Positions 34,614 through 42,939 of a stretch of DNA of 64,000 bases are shown here, one piece after another. Within the stretch, counting starts at the first letter, position 1, and every line of letters starts with the position of its first letter. Source of the stretch: Planctomycetota bacterium (GTDB taxonomy: Bacteria; Planctomycetota; UBA11346); the NCBI GenBank assembly GCA_038213805.1, contig JBBQSO010000007.1:9127-73126 (forward strand), in the 5' to 3' direction. The position numbers were made by a program, and so were the translations under genes. Under the pieces are notes generated by a model. That model worked only from the letters and a program-made list of their open reading frames with translations. It was not told where the DNA came from and ran no database searches.

Positions 34614-36020
34614 ATGCACCAGCGACCGCTTCGCCTGATCCTTGCGCCGTCTGGGCTCGCCCTGCTGGCGATGCTCAGCGGCTGCTCCTCCTCCGATGAT
34701 GGGACTGGCTCCAGGCAGCAGCGTGCCGATCTCGGACCGAGCGCGTCTCCTTCCGCCATGCCCGACATGGCGGACGGATCCGCAGCACATGCGCCGCCAA
34801 CGGATGAACTGCCAGCGTTGATCGCCAGTGCGACCCTCGAACGGGCAGCGCTCGTCCGGGCTGTCCTTCAGCGCAATCCCGGCATCGCAGCCGCGCGCGC
34901 AGGATGGCTCGCCGCGCTCTCCCGGTATCCCCAGCAGTCGGCCTGGGATGACCCGATGCTCTCCTACCGCACCTACCCCAGGAGCATTGGCGCCGGCGTC
35001 CACTACGGGCAAGAGATCGAGATCAGCCAGCGCATCCCAATCGGCGGCAAGCTCGACCTGCAGGGCGAGATCACCCTGGCTGAGGCCGATGCCGCGCGTG
35101 CGGATTACCAGTCCGTGCGGCTGCGGCTGGGGATGATGGCGTCGCAGCTCTGCGACGACTATGGCCTCGCGGTCCGTTCCCTGGCGATCCTCTCCCGCCA
35201 GGCGCAGGTACTGGCCGACCTGAAGGCCAGTGCCCAGGCCCACGTCGCGAATGGCACCGCGTCGATCCAGGATGCGCTGATGGCCGACGCCGAGGCGGCC
35301 GAACTGCAGCAGGAAGTGATCCTGGCGACTGCCGATCGCGATGTCGCCATCACCCAGCTCAATGGACTCCTGCACCGTCTTCCCATCGATGCTCCGCTTC
35401 CGGTCCCGGGTGATGAGGCCGTGGCCACGCCTGGAACAGCGAGCGCGGCCCTGCAGGAGATCGCGGTGCGGGAACGGCCAGAGCTCAGCGCGGTCGAGGC
35501 GCGGGCGCGCCGCGCGGATTCGTCGCTGGTGCTGGCCGAGCGCCAGTACCGGCCCGATGTCATGGTCTCCGGCACCTACAGCTCGCTCTGGGACCAGCGC
35601 GAATACCGCTATGGCCTGGGCGTGTCAGTGGCGCTGCCGGTGCATGGCGACCGCCTGCAGGGCGGCATCGATGAAGCCCATGCCCAGATCACCCAGGCGC
35701 ACCTCGAACGCGAGCACATGGAACGCGACATCCGCGTGGAGGTGGCGGAAGCCATCCGTCGCCTGACCGCAGCCGAGTCCATCGCGACGGTCATCCATGA
35801 TCAGCTGCTGCCGGCACTCACCAACCGCAGCGACGCCGCACGCACCGCGTTTTCTGCCAACCGCGCATCGTTCGAAGCGATCATCGCCGCGACGCGCGCG
35901 CAACTCAGCGCCGAGCTCAGGTACCAACAGGCCCTGACCGACGTTTCCCGTCGTCGCGCCATGCTCATCCGTGCCATCGGACGCCTCCCCATACCCGCCC
36001 AGGCTGGAGCCACCCCATGA
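34614..36020 (+). CDS. Outer-membrane efflux protein (TolC/CusC/CzcC family) lipoprotein
   Basis: Start MHQRPLRLILAPSGLALLAMLSGC (lipobox LSGC) preceded by AAGGA. Two TolC-type repeats. Its stop overlaps the adaptor gene start (ATGA). Confidence 0.85.
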   Translation: MHQRPLRLILAPSGLALLAMLSGCSSSDDGTGSRQQRADLGPSASPSAMPDMADGSAAHAPPTDELPALIASATLERAALVRAVLQRNPGIAAARAGWLAALSRYPQQSAWDDPMLSYRTYPRSIGAGVHYGQEIEISQRIPIGGKLDLQGEITLAEADAARADYQSVRLRLGMMASQLCDDYGLAVRSLAILSRQAQVLADLKASAQAHVANGTASIQDALMADAEAAELQQEVILATADRDVAITQLNGLLHRLPIDAPLPVPGDEAVATPGTASAALQEIAVRERPELSAVEARARRADSSLVLAERQYRPDVMVSGTYSSLWDQREYRYGLGVSVALPVHGDRLQGGIDEAHAQITQAHLEREHMERDIRVEVAEAIRRLTAAESIATVIHDQLLPALTNRSDAARTAFSANRASFEAIIAATRAQLSAELRYQQALTDVSRRRAMLIRAIGRLPIPAQAGATP

Positions 36021-37765
36021 ACACCACCGCGAAGCTCACCGCCATCGTCGCCACGCTCGCCGCGGCGGGTTCGCTCCTGCTCGGCTGGAGCGTGCGCACC
36101 GGCAGCAGTCGTCCGATCCCAGGGGCGGTCAGCGCCAGTGAGCAGGTCGCAGTGGCCCTCAGCAAGCCGATGCCCGTGCCGGATGCCGCGCTCATGCCCC
36201 TCGAGCAGGTCTATGCGGCCTACGAACATCTCCGCGATCACCTGGCGCTGGACCAGCTGCCGGGAGTGGCGACCGATGCACAGGCGCTGACCGCGGCTTT
36301 GACCGCCGCCAAGCTGGCCCTGCCGGCCGATCATCCCGCAGCGGAGCTGGTCATCACCGCCTTGGCACACGGCGGGCATCTCGCCGCCGCCGCCTCGCTT
36401 GAGGATGCGCGGGAACATTTCGCCACCATCAGCCACGCCCTGGTCGCGATCGCCGAGGGCGAGCCCCGCCTTCAGAAAGGGCATGTCGTCTTCAGCTGCC
36501 CGATGACCAAGGGCTACAAGAAATGGATTCAGGGAACCTCGGCCAAGAGCAATCCCTACATGGGCACGATGATGTCCACCTGCGGGACGACCACCACCTG
36601 GATGGCCGACGAGCACGCCACCCCGCACGCGGCGATGAGCCCCGGGGGCGCCAAGGACATCGCCTTCTTCACCTGCTCCATGCACCCAGCGGTGAAGATG
36701 CAGACACCCGGGAGCTGCCCCATCTGCAGCATGGATCTGATTTCGGTGACCAAGGAACAGGTCGCCTCAGGTGAGATCATGGTGGACGAATCCCGCCGCC
36801 AGCTGATCGGCATCCGCACCGCCGCGATCATCAAGCAGCCGATGCACATCCTGATCAATGCGGTCGGCCATGTCGCCTATGACGAGTCCGGGTATTCCGA
36901 CGTCAGCCTCAAGGTCGGTGGCTGGGTCACCAAGCTCATCGCCGACACCACCGGGGCATTCGTCGAGCAGGGTCGGCCGCTCTTCACCCTGTACAGCCCT
37001 GAGCTTTACGCGGCAGAGCAGGAATACCTGCTGATGCTCCATGCCCAGCCCACCACCGCCACAGCGGTCGGTGGTGGCATCCTTGAAGCCGCCCGCGAAC
37101 GCCTGCGGCTCTGGGACCTCGATGACGCCCAGATCAGCGAGATCCGCGAGCACGGCGCGCAAAAGGACCAGGTCATCGTCGCCCCGGCCTCAGGGTACCT
37201 CATCGCCAAGGACATCGTGCAGGGCGCTGCGGTGGTGCCGGGACAGCGGCTCTTCCGCATCGCCCCCATCGACCGCATCTGGATCCTGGCCGAGATCTTC
37301 GAGACGGACATCGCGGTGGTCGCGGTCGGCCAGTCGGCGACGGTGACGCTGCCCTACGCGCCTGGCGAGACCTTCACCGGAACCATCGACTACCTCTATC
37401 CCTACCTCAATGCCGATACGCGCAGCGTGCGCGCCCGCATCCGGCTCGAGAACGTCGACCACCACCTGCGACCCGAAATGTATGCGACGGTGGCCATCGC
37501 GGTCGAGGTCGGCGAGCGCCTGCTGGTACCGAAGTCGGCGGTGGTCTACACCGGTCCACGGCGACTGGTGTTCGTCGACCTGGGTGAAGGGCGGCTGCGT
37601 CCACACCAGGTGAAGCTCGGCCTCGCCAACGCCGAGTCCTACGAAGTGCTCAGCGGCTTGGCACCGGGCGACAAGGTCGTGACCTCCGGCAACTTCCTGG
37701 TCGCGGCCGAGAGCCGCATCCGTTCGGCCGAGCAGTACTGGGGAGATGACCATGACGCCAAATGA
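36017..37765 (+). CDS. RND efflux periplasmic adaptor (CusB/CzcB family) with N-terminal heavy-metal-binding domains
   Basis: FSCPMTKGY and FFTCSMHPAVKMQTPGSCPICSMDL motifs (the CPMHP...CP-C-M-L heavy-metal-binding type), then membrane-fusion-protein beta-barrel/lipoyl blocks. Confidence 0.85.
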   Translation: MNTTAKLTAIVATLAAAGSLLLGWSVRTGSSRPIPGAVSASEQVAVALSKPMPVPDAALMPLEQVYAAYEHLRDHLALDQLPGVATDAQALTAALTAAKLALPADHPAAELVITALAHGGHLAAAASLEDAREHFATISHALVAIAEGEPRLQKGHVVFSCPMTKGYKKWIQGTSAKSNPYMGTMMSTCGTTTTWMADEHATPHAAMSPGGAKDIAFFTCSMHPAVKMQTPGSCPICSMDLISVTKEQVASGEIMVDESRRQLIGIRTAAIIKQPMHILINAVGHVAYDESGYSDVSLKVGGWVTKLIADTTGAFVEQGRPLFTLYSPELYAAEQEYLLMLHAQPTTATAVGGGILEAARERLRLWDLDDAQISEIREHGAQKDQVIVAPASGYLIAKDIVQGAAVVPGQRLFRIAPIDRIWILAEIFETDIAVVAVGQSATVTLPYAPGETFTGTIDYLYPYLNADTRSVRARIRLENVDHHLRPEMYATVAIAVEVGERLLVPKSAVVYTGPRRLVFVDLGEGRLRPHQVKLGLANAESYEVLSGLAPGDKVVTSGNFLVAAESRIRSAEQYWGDDHDAK

Positions 37766-40700
37766 GCCACCCGTGTCCGCGGCGCCGAAACTCGGGCCCA
37801 TCGCCCGGATCATCGCGGTCTGCGCCCGCCATCCGGCGATGACCATCATCCTGGCCCTGGCCCTGGTGGGCTGGGGCTATTTCTCACTGCGTAAAACGCC
37901 GCTGGACGCCATCCCGGACCTGTCCGACATCCAGGTGATCATCTTCACCGACTGGCAGGGCCGCAGCCCCGACCTGGTCGAAGACCAGGTCACCTATCCG
38001 ATCATGACCACGCTGCTCGCGGCGCCGAAGATCAAAGCGGTGCGTGGCCAGTCCTTCTTCGGTCTGTCCTTCGTCTATGCGATCTTCGAGGACAACACCG
38101 ACATCTACTGGGCGCGCAGCCGGGTCCTGGAATACCTCAACACCGTGCAGGGGAAGCTGCCCGAAACCGCCAAGCCACGCATCGGTCCCGATGCGTCGGG
38201 CGTCGGCTGGGTCTTCGAATATGCCCTGGTGGACCGGTCCGGCGGACACGACCTCCAACAGCTGCGCGCGCTGCAGGACTGGAACCTGCGCTATGCGCTG
38301 GAGAGCGTTCCGGGCGTCGCCGAGGTCGCCTCGGTGGGCGGATTCGTCAAGCAGTACCAGGTCCAGTGCGACCCCGCCAAACTGCTCTCCTACCACGTCG
38401 CCATCCCGGAGATCGTCAAGGCGATCCGCGCCTCGAACGCGGACGTCGGCGGCGAGGTCATCGAGATCAGCGGTCACGAGAACATGGTGCGCGGTCGCGG
38501 GTACGTGAAGTCCATCGCCGACCTGGAGGACATCCCGGTACGCTTCTCCGACAACGGGGTCCCGGTCTTCCTCAAGGATGTCGCGGTGATCAACCTCGGC
38601 CCGGAGACCCGGCGGGGCATTGCCGATCTCAACGGCGAGGGCGAGGTCGTCGGCGGCATCGTCGTCATGCGCTACGGCATGAACGCCCTGTCGGTGATCG
38701 ATGCAGTGAAGGCCCGCCTGAAGGAGATCCAAGCGGGCCTGCCCGCCGGCATCGAGGTGGTCCCCACCTATGACCGTTCCGGTCTGATCCGCGATTCGAT
38801 CCACACCCTGACACGCACCATCATCGAGGAGATGGTGGTGGTCAGCCTGGTGATCTTCCTGTTCTTGCTGCACGTGCGCAGCGCGCTGGTGCCGATTCTG
38901 ACCCTGCCGATCGCGGTCCTGCTCGCATTCATCCCGATGTATTACCAGGGTCTGACCGCCAACATCATGTCGCTTGGCGGCATCGCCGTGGCGATCGGCG
39001 CGATGGTCGACGCCTCGATCATCATGGTCGAGAACATCCACAAGAAGCTGGAAGCCTGGGAGAGCCATGGGCGCCAGACCCCGCGAATCGAGGTGGTGAT
39101 CGGGGCGATGCAGGAGGTCGGCCCGTCGATCTTCTTCGCGCTGCTGGTGATCACGGTGTCGTTCATGCCGATCTTCACCCTGGAAGGCACCGAGGGGAAG
39201 CTGTTCAGCCCCCTGGCTTACACCAAGACCTACTCGATGGGCTTCGCGGCGATCCTGGCCGTCACCCTGGCCCCGGCCCTGGCCGCCATCTTCATCCGCG
39301 GCAAGATCCTCAAAGAGGACCACAACCTCGTCAATCGCTGGCTGATCCGCCTGTACGCGCCGGTCGTGCGCTTCGTGGTGCGCTTCCGCTGGCCGGTGAT
39401 CATCGCGGCGCTGATCACGGTGCTGGCGACCATTCCCGCCTATCTGCATCTCGGCAGCGAGTTCATGCCGCCGCTCAATGAAGGCGCCATCCTCTACATG
39501 CCGACCAGCCCGCCCGGGATGTCGATCACCGAGGCCGGCAACGTCCTCCAGGCGATGGACCGCGAACTCAAGACCTTCCCGGAGGTGGTCTCGGTGTTCG
39601 GCAAGATGGGGCGCAGCGAGTCCCCGACCGATCCGGCGCCGATCAACATGGTCGAGACCGTGGTCGTGCTGAAACCGCGCAGCGAATGGCGTGCGGGGAT
39701 GACCTGGGACAAGCTCATCAAGGAGATGGATACCAAGCTGCTCTATCCGGGCATGCCCAACGTCTGGTGGATGCCGATCCAGACCCGCACCGAGATGCTC
39801 GCCACCGGCATCCGCAGCCCGCTCGGCATCGAGGTCTACGGCAACACGCTGGAAGACATCGAGAAGACCACCCTGGCGATCGAGCGGGTCGTCGGCCAGG
39901 TCATGGGCACGCGCTCAGCCTTTGCCGAGCGCACGGTCGGAGGATTCTATATCGACTTCGCGGTCAAGCGCCGCGAGGCGGCGCGGCTTGGGCTGCGGGT
40001 GGAAGACGTCAACCAGATGGTGGCGACCGCGATCGGTGGGCTGAGCGTTGGCGAAACCGTCGAGGGTCGCGAGCGTTACCCCATCAACGTCCGTTACGCG
40101 CGCGAATTCCGCGATGACCCGAACGCCCTCGGCAAGACCCTGATCGCCCTGCCGAGCGGCGCTCAGGTGCCGATGTCGGAAGTCGCCGACATCCGCTTCG
40201 TCAACGGCCCACCGATGCTGCGCAGCGAAGGCGGCAAGCTGGTGAGCTATGTATTCGTGGACGTGGCCAACCGGCCGTTCGCCGACTACGTCGACGAGGC
40301 CAAGGCGGTGGTCGCCAAGGAAGTCGTGCTGCCAGCTGGCGTGCGCCTGGACTGGGTCGGGCAGTACAAATATTTTGAACGCGCCAAGGCCAAGCTGGCC
40401 CTGGTCGTGCCGATCACGCTGCTGATCGTGATGTTCCTGCTTTTCCTGAACACCAAATCGGTGGTCGAGACCATGATCGTCATGATGGCGGTGCCATTCT
40501 CGCTGGTCGGAGCGATCTGGTTGTTGTGGCTGCTCGACTACAACATGAGCGTAGCGGTGTGGGTCGGCCTCATCGCCCTGGCGGGCCTCGATGCGGAGAC
40601 CGGGGTGATCATGCTCCTCTATCTGACCTTCGCCCATCGCCGCTGGCTTGACGAGGGTCGCCTGAGGACGGCTGATGACCTGCGCGACCTCATCGTCGAA

Positions 40701-40940
40701 GGTGCGGCCCAGCGCATCCGCCCCAAGCTCATGACCGTCCTCGCGGCCATGGTTGGTCTGATCCCGATCCTGTGGAGCGACGGCACCGGCGCCGATGTCA
40801 TGAAACGCATCGCGGCACCGATGATCGGCGGCCTGGTGACCTCCTTCCTGCTGGAGCTGACGGTCTATCCGGCGCTCTTCGCCCTCTGGAAAAGCCGCAG
40901 CCTGCCGGTCACGGCTCCCGCGATCACCTCCCCACTCTGA
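37746..40940 (+). CDS. Heavy-metal efflux RND transporter, CusA/CzcA (HME) family
   Basis: 1064 aa with a 12-TM RND layout and conserved HME blocks (LGGIAVAIGAMVDASIIMVENI, AIGGL...). Confidence 0.9.
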   Translation: MTMTPNEPPVSAAPKLGPIARIIAVCARHPAMTIILALALVGWGYFSLRKTPLDAIPDLSDIQVIIFTDWQGRSPDLVEDQVTYPIMTTLLAAPKIKAVRGQSFFGLSFVYAIFEDNTDIYWARSRVLEYLNTVQGKLPETAKPRIGPDASGVGWVFEYALVDRSGGHDLQQLRALQDWNLRYALESVPGVAEVASVGGFVKQYQVQCDPAKLLSYHVAIPEIVKAIRASNADVGGEVIEISGHENMVRGRGYVKSIADLEDIPVRFSDNGVPVFLKDVAVINLGPETRRGIADLNGEGEVVGGIVVMRYGMNALSVIDAVKARLKEIQAGLPAGIEVVPTYDRSGLIRDSIHTLTRTIIEEMVVVSLVIFLFLLHVRSALVPILTLPIAVLLAFIPMYYQGLTANIMSLGGIAVAIGAMVDASIIMVENIHKKLEAWESHGRQTPRIEVVIGAMQEVGPSIFFALLVITVSFMPIFTLEGTEGKLFSPLAYTKTYSMGFAAILAVTLAPALAAIFIRGKILKEDHNLVNRWLIRLYAPVVRFVVRFRWPVIIAALITVLATIPAYLHLGSEFMPPLNEGAILYMPTSPPGMSITEAGNVLQAMDRELKTFPEVVSVFGKMGRSESPTDPAPINMVETVVVLKPRSEWRAGMTWDKLIKEMDTKLLYPGMPNVWWMPIQTRTEMLATGIRSPLGIEVYGNTLEDIEKTTLAIERVVGQVMGTRSAFAERTVGGFYIDFAVKRREAARLGLRVEDVNQMVATAIGGLSVGETVEGRERYPINVRYAREFRDDPNALGKTLIALPSGAQVPMSEVADIRFVNGPPMLRSEGGKLVSYVFVDVANRPFADYVDEAKAVVAKEVVLPAGVRLDWVGQYKYFERAKAKLALVVPITLLIVMFLLFLNTKSVVETMIVMMAVPFSLVGAIWLLWLLDYNMSVAVWVGLIALAGLDAETGVIMLLYLTFAHRRWLDEGRLRTADDLRDLIVEGAAQRIRPKLMTVLAAMVGLIPILWSDGTGADVMKRIAAPMIGGLVTSFLLELTVYPALFALWKSRSLPVTAPAITSPL

Positions 40941-40972
40941 TTCCACGTCGCGGCCTGCGGGCAAAACGGCCC

Positions 40973-41440
40973 TCACCCGCTTACGTTTCCGATGCGAACC
41001 AAAAGCGCGTCGGGACCTGACTCGCAGTGTGTTCCCGCACGCGCGGTTCCCGGCAGCACAGGATGGCCACGGGTTGCCCCCCCGTGCAAGCCGGCAGTGC
41101 TCCCGCCGGCGCCGGCTACCAGAACCCTGCACTCACTTGCTGGCGGCAACCTCATCACGTGGTCCACATGGACCATCAGGGTCGGCAGGGTCTGGGCAGC
41201 GAAGACGCGTAATCTGGTGTCCTTTTCGTCCTGACTCTCAGCGGTGAACAGGTAGACCGCTTGTTTGAGGGTCTTCTCGTGGCATTCGAAGTAGTCCTTC
41301 GCGAAGTCCTTGTCCGCGGCGCTGCCGAGCTTGTCGAGTTTCACCTGAAGTTTCTTGTCGAGGTCGTTCGCCAGCGTGACGCCCTGCTTCGCCGCGAGGG
41401 CGAAAAATCCGCTGTTGGCCTTGGTATGATCGTCGATCAT
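40973..41440 (-). CDS. DUF4142-domain protein fragment (second repeat only, with an aberrant C-terminal extension); possibly a truncated gene
   Basis: MIDDHTKANSGFFALAAKQGVTLANDLDKKLQVKLDKLGSAADKDFAKDYFECHEK matches the internal MVDDHTKAN...GADFD-AY half of DUF4142. The usual signal peptide and first repeat are absent. The last approximately 60 residues are low-complexity read-through. Confidence 0.45.
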   Translation of the reverse strand: MIDDHTKANSGFFALAAKQGVTLANDLDKKLQVKLDKLGSAADKDFAKDYFECHEKTLKQAVYLFTAESQDEKDTRLRVFAAQTLPTLMVHVDHVMRLPPASECRVLVAGAGGSTAGLHGGATRGHPVLPGTARAGTHCESGPDALLVRIGNVSG

Positions 41441-41492
41441 CTGGCGTCGCCGACTACCTGGTGGCCATGACCGCCCGAGCAGATACGGTCAT

Positions 41493-42560
41493 ATGCAGAC
41501 CATGCCATTCGCCCCCGTGCCCAGCCTGCGCGAGATCTCAGAACGTTGCGGCATGGCCAGGTCGACGGTCGGCCACATCCTGGGCGGTCGCTCGCACCTG
41601 TTCCGGCCCGAAACGCGCGAGCTGGTGCTGCGCACGGCGGAGCAGCTGGGCTGGAAGCGGCCCGCGGACTGGCGGTCCGTGCGGCGTGCGCGCTTCGGCT
41701 GCGCTGTGCTGCTGAAGAGCGTCATGCAGGAATGCAGCTGGATCGGGATGAATTTCCTCGTCGCCCTCGAAGACCGCCTGCTGGATCGGAACATGCACCT
41801 GGCGATGGCGCGCCTGCCCGACGCCACCCTCGCCTCGGAGACCGCCCTGCGCCGGCTGCTGAAGCAGTGGTCGGCCGATGGGATGTTCATCAGCTACACG
41901 CAGCGGCCCCCACCGCGCCTGCACGCGCTGATCGCCGGCCTGGACCTGCCCGCGGTGTGGCTGAACAGCTGCGCCGCGATGGATGCGGTGCACCCCGACG
42001 ACCTGGGGGCTGGACGCAGCGCAGCGGAGCTGCTGCTCGCAGCGGGTCACCGCCGCATCGCCTACGTCGGATATGCTTTTCCGCTCAACACGCCAGCCGA
42101 CAAACTGCACTACAGCGACGCGGATCGTCCAGCCGGCGCCCGGACTGCGGTGCTCGCCTGCGGAGCGGACTGGCGGCATGTCGGTGGCGTCGACAGCACC
42201 TTGGTCGCCACGTGGCGCGAGCGCCTGGCGCGCAGCGACCGCGAGACCGCCGTGATCGCCTACAGTCCGCACCAGATCCTGCCCGTGCTCCATGCCGCGG
42301 CGCTGCTGGGCCTGCGCGTGCCCCATGACCTGTCGCTGATCACTTTCCACGACGAGAACGTGCGGCTGCTCGACCAGGAGATCGCTTGTCTCGAGCTGCC
42401 CGACGCAAACCTCGCCGAGATCGCTGTCGCGCATCTCTGCGCCCGCATCGGTGGCGCGCCGTCCCGTGCGCTTGATCCGGTGCCGTTCACGGTGCGTTCG
42501 ACGCTGACGGTCGGGCCGCCTCCAGCGCGCGGACCGTCGCGGTCGGGCACGCGGCACTGA
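41493..42560 (+). CDS. LacI-family transcriptional regulator
   Basis: N-terminal HTH SLREISERCGMARSTVGHILGG, then a PBP-type sugar-binding fold. Confidence 0.85.
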   Translation: MQTMPFAPVPSLREISERCGMARSTVGHILGGRSHLFRPETRELVLRTAEQLGWKRPADWRSVRRARFGCAVLLKSVMQECSWIGMNFLVALEDRLLDRNMHLAMARLPDATLASETALRRLLKQWSADGMFISYTQRPPPRLHALIAGLDLPAVWLNSCAAMDAVHPDDLGAGRSAAELLLAAGHRRIAYVGYAFPLNTPADKLHYSDADRPAGARTAVLACGADWRHVGGVDSTLVATWRERLARSDRETAVIAYSPHQILPVLHAAALLGLRVPHDLSLITFHDENVRLLDQEIACLELPDANLAEIAVAHLCARIGGAPSRALDPVPFTVRSTLTVGPPPARGPSRSGTRH

Positions 42561-42693
42561 CGCGGACGGGCGCTGCCCGACCAGACGCGGCGCGGCGCGC
42601 ATCAGCAGCGCTGCAGCGTGGAAGAAAAATCAGCACTACATGAGGCAGGCGCGTTCGCGCCGACCCGCAAGCGTCCACGTTTCCGGACGTGTC

Positions 42694-42746
42694 ATACTCC
42701 ACCGATCGTGCCGATTTTTAGACAGCTGCTTAGACATGGGTGGGCT
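42694..42746 (+). promoter_or_regulatory. Conserved upstream element (copy 1): TCATACTCC-N10-CCGATTTTTAGACAGCTGCTTAGACATGGGTGGGCT
   Basis: Near-identical in layout to 63513-63565 upstream of another glycoside hydrolase gene. It contains the direct repeat TAGACA-N6-TTAGACA. Lies between the LacI gene and the GH31 gene. Confidence 0.45.
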
Positions 42747-42939
42747 ACGCTGCCGGGCCATGCCCCAGCCCGCCCGACCCGGCCATCCACGCGCACGCGC
42801 GCCCTCGGGGCATTGCTTGCCGTTACTTTGCTGGTCGGCGCGACCGCCTGCATCCGGGCCGCGGATCTGCAGGTGATGACCGTCGGCGACGCGATCACCG
42901 CCGGCTTCCAGTATCAGCCTCACTCAAAAGGAAAAGCAC

